Shown here piece by piece: positions 56,751 through 64,000 of a stretch of DNA of 64,000 nt (position 1 is the stretch's first letter; each line of letters opens with the position of its first letter). The notes below the pieces were generated by a model that worked only from the letters and a program-made list of their open reading frames with translations, ran no database searches and was not told the DNA's origin. This stretch comes from Alphaproteobacteria bacterium (GTDB lineage: Bacteria; Pseudomonadota; Alphaproteobacteria; Rickettsiales; SXRF01), in assembly GCA_043763155.1 (NCBI GenBank), contig JAYULW010000089.1, positions 1,308-65,307 on the forward strand, in the 5' to 3' direction. The position numbers were made by a program, and so were the translations under genes.

Positions 56751-57893
56751 ATGAACAAGACACTGCTTCCTACTGGTTGTTATGACCTGCTGCCGCCTTT
56801 TGCGCGACAGGAGTCGGAGTTGTCGTCGGCACTTCTTTCGGTTTTTGAAGGGTTTGGCTACGAACAAGTGTCGCCTCCGCTGCTGGAATACACCGAGAGT
56901 TTGCTGGCGGGGCGCGGTTCGGCGCTTTCGGCGCACACTTTCCGGGTGATGGACCCCGGCGCGCATAAGGTGATGGGGTTTCGCCCCGACATTACATTAC
57001 AGATTGCACGTATTGCCGCGACGCGGATGGCGGGTGCGCCTAAGCCCTTGCGCCTTTGCTATAACGGGTTGATCCTGCGGATGCAGGGGGAGCAATTTCA
57101 GGCGGACCGCCAGTTGCGCCAAGCCGGGATTGAGCTGATCGGGACCGCATCCCCCGAGGCAGACGCGGAAGTGATTTTAGTGGCAGCAACCGCCTTGCAA
57201 AAAGCGGGCATTACCGCGCTTTCGATTGATCTGAACCTTCCGGGGATTGTGGGCGCGTTGCTTGCCTCCGAGAAGATGAACAACGACCAGCTGGAAAAGC
57301 TGTTTGAGGCCGTGGCGCACAAGGATGTGTCTACGCTTAAGGCTATGCATTTTTCCTACCGCAATACGCTGATTGAGCTGATGCAGTGCGCTGGGCCTGC
57401 GGCGAGCGCGCTTGCGGCCATTGAGGGGCTGGATTTGCCGGAAACGGCGAAGAAGCAGTTCCGGGATTTGAAAGATGTGGTGCATATTTTGACCGCGTGT
57501 GGCAGCCCGGAATGGTCGCTGACGGTGGACGCTACGGAGAATCGCGGGCTTTCGTATCATTCGGGGATTAACTTCTCGATCTTTATTCCGGGGGCGGCGT
57601 TTGAAGTGGGGCGCGGCGGGCGGTACATGATTGAGGGCAATGGCGGGCATGATATGGAGGCGACGGGGTTCACGCTGTATGTGGAATCTTTGCGCAATCT
57701 GCTGCCAGCGCCGATGAGGCAAAAACGGGTGTTTGTGGCGCAAAGCCTTGATGCTGCGGTGGCTGCAAAGCTGCAGGCCGAGGGGTTTGTGACGGTGCAT
57801 GCACTCACCGAATACGGCTATGACGAGGACGAGGCCAAGCGCCTTTCCTGCGGACATATCTATAAGGATGGGGCGCTGAAGGCGCTCAGCTAA
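56751..57893 (+). CDS. hisZ: ATP phosphoribosyltransferase regulatory subunit
   Basis: HisRS-like class-II fold without an anticodon domain (TGCYDLLP, RLCYNGLILR, GGRYM). Typical alphaproteobacterial hisZ-purA neighbourhood. Confidence 0.85.
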   Translation: MNKTLLPTGCYDLLPPFARQESELSSALLSVFEGFGYEQVSPPLLEYTESLLAGRGSALSAHTFRVMDPGAHKVMGFRPDITLQIARIAATRMAGAPKPLRLCYNGLILRMQGEQFQADRQLRQAGIELIGTASPEADAEVILVAATALQKAGITALSIDLNLPGIVGALLASEKMNNDQLEKLFEAVAHKDVSTLKAMHFSYRNTLIELMQCAGPAASALAAIEGLDLPETAKKQFRDLKDVVHILTACGSPEWSLTVDATENRGLSYHSGINFSIFIPGAAFEVGRGGRYMIEGNGGHDMEATGFTLYVESLRNLLPAPMRQKRVFVAQSLDAAVAAKLQAEGFVTVHALTEYGYDEDEAKRLSCGHIYKDGALKALS

Positions 57894-57918
57894 TTTTTAA
57901 GTTAAAGGAAGTACGGCA

Positions 57919-59211
57919 ATGACAAACGTGGTGGTCATCGGTTCGCAGTGGGGCGACGAAGGTAAAGGCAAAGTGGTTGACTGGCTGAGTGAGCGCGCCC
58001 ACGTGGTTGTGCGCTTTCAGGGCGGGCATAATGCCGGGCACACGCTGGTTATTGACGGGGTGACGTATAAGCTTTCGCTGCTGCCTTCGGGCATTGTGCG
58101 CGGGGGGAAGCTCTCGATTATCGGCAATGGCGTGGTGATTGACCCGTTTGCGCTGCTGAAGGAAATTGCGACCGTGTCGGCGCTGGGCGTGAAGATTTCG
58201 CCGGAGAATTTGCGCATTGCAGAAAACGCGCCGCTGATCCTGCCGGTGCATCAGCGGGTGGACCAGGCTGCGGAAGCCATTCGCGGCAAGGGGAAAATTG
58301 GCACGACCGGGCGCGGTATCGGGCCTGCGTATGAAGATAAGATTGCGCGCCGGGCCATTCGTGTGTGCGATCTGGCGGATGAGGCTTTGCTGCGCGATAA
58401 GCTTGAGAATTTGCTGGTGTACCATAATGCGCTGCTGAATGCGGCGGGGGCTACGCCCATGACGGTGGATGAAATCCTTGCACCGCTGATGGAAGTGGCG
58501 CCGAAGATTTTGCCGTTTGCGGAGCCGGTATGGCGGCTTTTGGACGGCTTGCGCCGCGAGGGCAAGCGCATTTTGTTTGAAGGCGCGCAAGGCGCGATGC
58601 TGGATGTGGACCACGGGACCTACCCGTATGTGACTTCTTCCAACACGCTGGCGGGCACGGCCACGATTGGCTCCGGCATGGGGCTGGGCGGCATTGGCTA
58701 TGCGCTGGGGATTACGAAGGCCTACACGACCCGCGTGGGCAGCGGCCCCTTCCCTACGGAGCTTACCGACGAGATTGGTGCGCGTATCGGCAAGGTTGGG
58801 CATGAGTTCGGCACGGTTACGGGACGCGCGCGCCGCTGCGGCTGGTTTGACGCTGTGCTGGTGCGACAGGCGATTAAAATCAATGGGATTACCGGGATTG
58901 CACTGACCAAGGTAGATATTCTGGATGGGTTTGAAACCATCAAGATTTGCGTGGGCTATAAGCATAACGGCAAGGAATATGATTACCTGCCCGCTTCCAT
59001 GAAAATTCAGGCCGAGCTGGAGCCGATTTACGAGGAAATGCCGGGCTGGTCTGAAAGCACGCACGGCAAGCGCAGCTGGGCGGAACTGCCCGCGCAGGCG
59101 ATCAAATACATTCGCCGTATCGAAGAGCTGATTGAGTGCCAGGTGGCGTTGCTTTCCACCAGCCCGAAGCGCGAAGACACGATTCTGGTGCGCGACCCGT
59201 TTGTTGATTAA
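57919..59211 (+). CDS. purA: Adenylosuccinate synthase
   Basis: [18 protein letters not shown]-loop, GGHNAGHT and [13 protein letters not shown]. Confidence 0.97.
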   Translation: MTNVVVIGSQWGDEGKGKVVDWLSERAHVVVRFQGGHNAGHTLVIDGVTYKLSLLPSGIVRGGKLSIIGNGVVIDPFALLKEIATVSALGVKISPENLRIAENAPLILPVHQRVDQAAEAIRGKGKIGTTGRGIGPAYEDKIARRAIRVCDLADEALLRDKLENLLVYHNALLNAAGATPMTVDEILAPLMEVAPKILPFAEPVWRLLDGLRREGKRILFEGAQGAMLDVDHGTYPYVTSSNTLAGTATIGSGMGLGGIGYALGITKAYTTRVGSGPFPTELTDEIGARIGKVGHEFGTVTGRARRCGWFDAVLVRQAIKINGITGIALTKVDILDGFETIKICVGYKHNGKEYDYLPASMKIQAELEPIYEEMPGWSESTHGKRSWAELPAQAIKYIRRIEELIECQVALLSTSPKREDTILVRDPFVD

Positions 59212-59411
59212 GGGTTTCACACAACTGAATTAGTTGGGTTTTTACCACTCATTCCCGCTTATGGGATGTGCATTGCGCAATTTAGGCAGTTTTGCTGCGG
59301 TGCGGCGCGTGTATTTACGCTATCAGGACTTATAATTTCACCCTTTTTTAAGGATGCGGCGTTTAGAATACACATTCGTTAAGCATGTGAAATTATTCAA
59401 ATTCGTTGCCG

Positions 59412-61568
59412 ATGGCCCCCACCCCTACCGCATCAGGTTCTGTGAAGAAAGTTGCCGGCGTCGCGTTCGACGCTTCGCTGGAAGCTGAACGGAAAATGAC
59501 CGAGGCCACGCAGTCAAAGCTCAAAGAATTCCTGAAAGGCTATACGCCGCAAAAAGGCAAAGAAGAGCGCGACACGGTGCAGGGACATTACCTCATCAAC
59601 TTCGCAGCGCCCCTTAAAGATTTCAGCAACGAGTCGGCCAACGCGCTGATGACAAGCGATACGCTGGACGACACCAAGTCGCTTATTGCGCTGGTGTGCG
59701 AGCATGGCAAGGTGCAGCGCCACCACGTGATCGAGCAGGTCATGAGCATTGAGCATCGGGCGGTGCTGCCGCTGCGCGCGGCGGCGAGCGTGCATATGTC
59801 GTCGAGCGATGCAGAACGCTACGCCATCATTTACGACAAGCCCACGGGGCGCAAGCTTTCGGAGCTGATTGCGGCAGGCAAGATTCCGCACAATCCGCAT
59901 TTCCTGCTGGAGCATGTGCTGATTCCTATCATCACGGGGCTGGAGCATTTCAACGCGCTGGGCATTTCGCACGGGCAGGTAAACCCCGATAATATCTATT
60001 TCGACGACCACGGCGCCGTGCTGGGACCTTGCGTGACGGAGCCGTGCGGCTACAACCAGCCCTTCGTGTATGAGTCGCTGGAGCGCATGCAGTCGCACCC
60101 TGCGGCGAAGGGCGAAGGCAGCACGGCGCATGATTATTACGCGCTGGCGGTGACGCTGCTTAGCATCCTGCACGGGCCGGACCATTTTCACGGCATTAGC
60201 CGCGAAGCGCTGATGTTCCACATCGTAAAAAATGGCGCCTACCACACGCTGATGCGCGACAGGGAAGTGCCGGAAATCTTCTACGACTTTTTGCGCGGCA
60301 CGCTTACGCAAAGCCCCGAAGAACGCTGGGGCGAAAAGCAGCTGCGCGCATGGCTGGGCGGCAAACGCTACAACGTGCTGCCACCGCCGCCACCTGCGGA
60401 TGCGGTGCGACCCTTTGAATTTAAAGACATTCTGGTGAATAACCGCCGCGAACTGGCGCATTTGTTTTCCGCCGACTGGGTGGGGATGCTTACGGCCATT
60501 GTAGGGCCGCAGCTTTCGCACTGGGTGACGGTTTCACTGCGCAACAAAGAACTAGCCGAAACGATTGCGCGCCTGTGCCGCAGCGCCATTGACGCGGTGG
60601 GGAAAAACGAAATCATGTGCGGCGAAATGCTGATGAATATCGTACTGCTGCTGGACCCGATCGGGCCGCTGCGCATTCGCCAGGTTGCGTTCCAAGTGGA
60701 AGGCATTGATACGGCATTTGCGGAAATGTATGCGCAGAAAAACACGCTGGAGCTGCAATTCATCGCCAAGTTCATTGAAACGAACATGATGAACTACTGG
60801 GTGACGATGCAGGAAAAGCGCCGCCCGGACATTGCCATCCCTGACCGGGTGAACGACCTTGCGGCGCGGGCCGACCGCCTGCGCAGCTGCATACGCAATT
60901 CAGGCTTCGGGTTCGGGCTGGAGCGGGTGCTGTATGACTTAAACCCCACCATGCCGTGCCTTAGCGAGCTGTTTGAGAATAAATATGTGCGTACCCTGCC
61001 CCAGCTTTTAAAGCAGATGGACAAACTGGCCACCACTATTGAGGGCGACGACATCATGGACCGCCATATTGCGGCGTTTATCGCAAGCAAGCTGCACATC
61101 CAGAATGAAATACGCCTGAACGAGCTTTCGACCATCCCGGCGCTTGCGACCAGCCGCAACATGGTGGCGCTGTATTTGCTTTCGATGGTGCAAGAGCGCG
61201 TGGAGCCGATGCGGCTGCCGGGGCTTACGCACTGGTTTGCCATCCGGCTGCTACCGCTGATGGACAGTATTCACAGCCGCACGCTGCGCCAGAAAATGAA
61301 GGCCATGATCGGCAACATGGCGCCACTGGGGCTGACGCAGAAAATGGCCGATTTGATGATTACGGCCGATTACGCGGAAGCGGATTCCAACGGGTTTGAA
61401 AGGGCGCTGGCGACCTACCGCAAGAATGCGGTGGAAATCGTGAGCCTGAAGCAGCCCGAACGGCTGGAGCGCGACGCGAACCGCATGGGCCTGAACATGG
61501 CCACCATGCTTGCTTACGCGGGCCGGATGTTCAGCTTGCTGTATATCGTCAAGGGGTTCACCTCATGA
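59412..61568 (+). CDS. Protein-kinase-like (predicted catalytically inactive) domain protein with long helical C-terminal region and C-terminal hydrophobic anchor
   Basis: Residues ~60-330 follow Hanks-kinase topology. Key residues are replaced: LIALVC for VAIK, ISHGQVNPDNIYF for HRDxKPxNI, LGPC for DFG. STAHDYYALAVTLLSILHG and SPEERW match subdomains IX-XI. The track start at 59406 is a non-ATG codon, and the ATG lies at 59412. Confidence 0.7.
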   Translation: MAPTPTASGSVKKVAGVAFDASLEAERKMTEATQSKLKEFLKGYTPQKGKEERDTVQGHYLINFAAPLKDFSNESANALMTSDTLDDTKSLIALVCEHGKVQRHHVIEQVMSIEHRAVLPLRAAASVHMSSSDAERYAIIYDKPTGRKLSELIAAGKIPHNPHFLLEHVLIPIITGLEHFNALGISHGQVNPDNIYFDDHGAVLGPCVTEPCGYNQPFVYESLERMQSHPAAKGEGSTAHDYYALAVTLLSILHGPDHFHGISREALMFHIVKNGAYHTLMRDREVPEIFYDFLRGTLTQSPEERWGEKQLRAWLGGKRYNVLPPPPPADAVRPFEFKDILVNNRRELAHLFSADWVGMLTAIVGPQLSHWVTVSLRNKELAETIARLCRSAIDAVGKNEIMCGEMLMNIVLLLDPIGPLRIRQVAFQVEGIDTAFAEMYAQKNTLELQFIAKFIETNMMNYWVTMQEKRRPDIAIPDRVNDLAARADRLRSCIRNSGFGFGLERVLYDLNPTMPCLSELFENKYVRTLPQLLKQMDKLATTIEGDDIMDRHIAAFIASKLHIQNEIRLNELSTIPALATSRNMVALYLLSMVQERVEPMRLPGLTHWFAIRLLPLMDSIHSRTLRQKMKAMIGNMAPLGLTQKMADLMITADYAEADSNGFERALATYRKNAVEIVSLKQPERLERDANRMGLNMATMLAYAGRMFSLLYIVKGFTS

Positions 61569-62020
61569 GGTTGATATATCTGGTCATGCTGGGGTGCATA
61601 GGGGCTGCAATCATTTTGCTGCAAAGCGGGTTTTTGCTGCTTTTGCTTGCGGTCATGCCCTCGATCATGGCGTATATTGTGGATACGGACCGCAGGAAAA
61701 ATTCGTTCAAGGTGGTGCTTTCGGGCAATGTGAGCGCGGCGCTGCCGACCCTGCTGCCCATGCTGAAGGCCGCACTCACCATGCGTAAATTCGACATGAC
61801 TTCGGCGCTGATGGACCCTTATGTATGGCTGTTTATTTACATGGGCGCGGGCGCGGGCTGGGCGCTTATTTACCTGTGCAAATTCATCGCGAGTTTTGTG
61901 GTGACGATGTCGTTTGAATATAACATCAAGTCGCTGGAAAATGTGCAGGCGATGCTGATTGAAGAATGGGGCGACGAAATTCTTCAGCACACCGAAGACC
62001 AGCGCAACAAGGAAGAATAA
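61565..62020 (+). CDS. Small 4-TM membrane protein coupled to the kinase-like gene
   Basis: ATGA overlap with the upstream stop. Four hydrophobic helices and an acidic tail. Confidence 0.6.
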   Translation: MRLIYLVMLGCIGAAIILLQSGFLLLLLAVMPSIMAYIVDTDRRKNSFKVVLSGNVSAALPTLLPMLKAALTMRKFDMTSALMDPYVWLFIYMGAGAGWALIYLCKFIASFVVTMSFEYNIKSLENVQAMLIEEWGDEILQHTEDQRNKEE

Positions 62021-62175
62021 TTCCTGCGCGCACCTGTTCCCTTTTGGAACGATTCCCGGTTTAATTCATTCTTTATTAAGGAAGTTCCGAAACAGGGATG
62101 CGTATTTATGGTTGTATTTTTCTACATATATATTATTCTTTCCCGCGAGTTTAACATCCGAATTCTGAAGGGGGG

Positions 62176-62466
62176 ATGTGTATGCCCGATAGCTATTACC
62201 GCCTGCCGGCGGTGGTTGATATGAACGCCTGCGCGCAGCTGCATAAGCACCTGCTGGAGCAATTAGCACAAGCCGAAGTAGTGATGGATGCAAGCGGCGT
62301 TGAGCGCATTGCCACGCCGGGCATTCAATGCCTGATTTCGGCGCAGCACACATTACAGGCGGGAGGCAAATCGCTTTCGGTGCTTAACCCCTCCCCCAGC
62401 TTTGCGCTCGCAGTTGCAGACCTTTCACTCCAGGCAACATTTACCGTCAGGGAGGCGCAGGCATGA
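62176..62466 (+). CDS. STAS-domain protein (CheS/anti-sigma-antagonist-like) at start of che operon
   Basis: About 95 aa. The pattern LPAVVDMNACAQLHKHL ... VMDASGVERIATPGIQCLISAQ is typical of STAS. Overlaps the cheY start. Confidence 0.7.
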   Translation: MCMPDSYYRLPAVVDMNACAQLHKHLLEQLAQAEVVMDASGVERIATPGIQCLISAQHTLQAGGKSLSVLNPSPSFALAVADLSLQATFTVREAQA

Positions 62467-62831
62467 GCAAGAAAGTGCTGACGGTGGACGACTCCAAGAC
62501 CATGCGCGATATGGTTTCGTTTACGCTTAAATCCGTGGGCTTTGAAGTGATCGAGGCCGAAGACGGCAAAGACGCGCTGGCCAAGCTTGGCGACGGCAAG
62601 GTGGATGTGGTGATTACGGATTTGAACATGCCAAATATGGACGGGTTTGAGCTGATCCGCAATTTGCGCGCGCGCAGCACCCATAAATTCACGCCGATCC
62701 TGATGCTCACCACCGAAGGCGACGACACGAAAAAACAGGAAGGCAAAAACGCAGGGGCCACAGGCTGGATTGTGAAGCCGTTCAACCCGGAAAAGCTGGT
62801 GCAGGTCGTCAACAAGGTGTGCGGCGGGTAG
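62463..62831 (+). CDS. cheY: Chemotaxis response regulator CheY
   Basis: VLTVDDSKTMR ... VITDLNMPNMDG ... KPF, a single REC domain immediately upstream of cheA. Confidence 0.9.
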   Translation: MSKKVLTVDDSKTMRDMVSFTLKSVGFEVIEAEDGKDALAKLGDGKVDVVITDLNMPNMDGFELIRNLRARSTHKFTPILMLTTEGDDTKKQEGKNAGATGWIVKPFNPEKLVQVVNKVCGG

Positions 62832-62835
62832 CCTT

Positions 62836-64000
62836 ATGGCATTCGATGAATTACAGCAATTTCGCGACACATACATTACCGAATGTATGGAGCTGCTTGC
62901 GGACATGGAAGAACGGCTGATGCACCTCGATGCCAGCGCCGACCGGGAGGAGCTGAACGCGATTTTTCGCTGCGCGCACTCCATCAAGGGTGGCGCGGGC
63001 GCGTTCGGGTTTACGGCGATTGCAGGATTTACGCATATTCTTGAGGCGATGCTGGACCATTTGCGCGAGGGCAAAATTGCGGTGAACCGCAATGTAACCG
63101 ACACGCTGCTGAAGGCGCGCGATATTGTGCTGCATATGGTGGGGGCGGCGCGGGATAATAAGCCGGTTGCGGATAATTATGGCAAAGATGTGGCCGATGA
63201 GCTTTCGCGGCTGTGCAACCTGCCGGTTTCGGCAACGCCAGAGGCAGTGAAAGTACAGGTGGAAAGCAGCGGCATGGTTTCGTACCGGATTGCGTTTGCG
63301 CCGCACCGGGAGATGATCGCGCATGGCAGCGAGCCGCTGATTTTGCTCCGGGAGCTGCAAAAGCTGGGGCAATGCAGCATTACCACATTTACCGACAAGG
63401 TTCCGGCGCTGGAGGCGCTTGATGTGGAGCAGTGCTATTTACGCTGGGAGGTGAAGCTTGCCACCGATAAGGGCGAAGACACCATCCGCGAAGTTTTTGA
63501 GTTCGTAGACGGGGAATGCGACCTGGTGATTGAGGCGGTGAAGCCTGCGGCGGTTGCGGTGGTTGAGGAAGTGGCGGTGAAGGCGGAGGTGGCGCAAGGG
63601 ACGGCTGAGCCGCAGAAAAGCGCGACGTCCATTCGTGTGGATATTGATAAGGTGGACCGGTTGATTAACATGGTGGGCGAGATGGTGATTATCCAGGCCA
63701 TGCTTACGATGCAGACGCGGTTCCTGTCGGCGGGGGATGCGCAGAGCGACGAATTGCTGCGCGGGATTGACGAGCTGACGGCGCACACCCGCGAGCTGCA
63801 GGAAGCGGTTATGGCGATACGGATGCAGCCGGTGAAGTCCATTTTTTCGCGCATGCCGCGGTTGGTGCGCGATCTTTCGGGGCAGCTGGGCAAGAGCATC
63901 CGGCTGAATGTGTCGGGGGAAAATACGGAAGTGGATAAGACCATCATCGAGCAGCTTTCGGACCCGCTGACGCATATGATCCGCAATTCGATTGACCATG
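62836..64000 (+). CDS. cheA: Chemotaxis histidine kinase CheA (3' end beyond window)
   Basis: Not in the ORF track because it runs off the window. HPt motif FRCAHSIKGGAGAFGF, dimerisation region SIRVDIDKVDRLINMVGEMVI, and N-box DPLTHMIRNSIDHG at the window edge. Confidence 0.92.
   Translation, partial: MAFDELQQFRDTYITECMELLADMEERLMHLDASADREELNAIFRCAHSIKGGAGAFGFTAIAGFTHILEAMLDHLREGKIAVNRNVTDTLLKARDIVLHMVGAARDNKPVADNYGKDVADELSRLCNLPVSATPEAVKVQVESSGMVSYRIAFAPHREMIAHGSEPLILLRELQKLGQCSITTFTDKVPALEALDVEQCYLRWEVKLATDKGEDTIREVFEFVDGECDLVIEAVKPAAVAVVEEVAVKAEVAQGTAEPQKSATSIRVDIDKVDRLINMVGEMVIIQAMLTMQTRFLSAGDAQSDELLRGIDELTAHTRELQEAVMAIRMQPVKSIFSRMPRLVRDLSGQLGKSIRLNVSGENTEVDKTIIEQLSDPLTHMIRNSIDH

Noticed and set aside
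56631-56966. 5' extension of the SemiSWEET ORF (track ORF 56379..56966).
   Set aside because: The extension is Arg-rich, overlaps the hisZ start region on the other strand, and is absent from the ~85-aa SemiSWEET architecture.
57886-59220. 444-aa minus-strand ORF.
   Set aside because: It is antisense to purA (clear P-loop and family motifs). The composition is Arg/His/Pro-rich, as expected of a shadow ORF.
59514-60521. 335-aa minus-strand ORF.
   Set aside because: It is antisense to the kinase-like gene. The sequence is Arg/His-rich low-complexity, whereas the plus-strand frame has coherent domain structure.

Overview
This is a 64-kb chromosomal window that looks alphaproteobacterial. Supporting signs are an alpha-type RecA, a CckA-like hybrid kinase, HisZ, a short Psd/PssA pair, flgB-flgC-fliE-fliQ-fliR-flhB gene order, and a STAS-CheY-CheA chemotaxis operon start. 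All calls come from reading the translated ORFs and the DNA by eye. No BLAST, HMM or exact GC computation was possible, and hand-counted coordinates for non-ORF features may be off by 1-2 nt.

I call about 75 protein genes and 2 tRNAs, Val-GAC and Arg-TCT. The recognisable backbone includes:
- exbB-exbD-exbD-tonB fused head-to-tail with rfbB-rfbA-rfbD;
- folB, pyrE, panC, zapE and ispH;
- ogt, sbp plus an OprP-like porin, an Rrf2 regulator plus an unlisted yezD-like small ORF, nnr and acyP;
- two divergent flagellar export/rod operons;
- recA, alaS, icd, psd-pssA, hisZ, purA and cheY-cheA.

Many lineage-specific hypothetical genes are interspersed. The items most worth a second look are:
1. 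A 1.4-kb low-GC islet bounded by an 18-bp duplication of the tRNA-Arg 3' end. It carries only an orphan histidine kinase.
2. An orphan 1179-aa protein whose N-terminal part reads like a divergent GGDEF/palm (SGDEF) domain.
3. A 720-aa protein with a catalytically dead protein-kinase-like domain, translationally coupled to a small 4-TM protein just upstream of the che operon.
4. An AHSMG (alpha/beta-hydrolase-like) 482-aa protein with a Pro/Ala linker.
5. A tRNA-Val / HY-repeat mini-peptide / GT-C-like membrane protein array, plus two more GT-C-like paralogues.
6. A CckA-like kinase split into two overlapping ORFs.
7. A low-GC patch with a roughly 22-aa insertion inside the alaS editing domain.
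8. Two perfect DnaA boxes next to tRNA-Arg.
9. A csrA leading a flagellar export operon.

I saw no CRISPR array, IS element, integrase or prophage.
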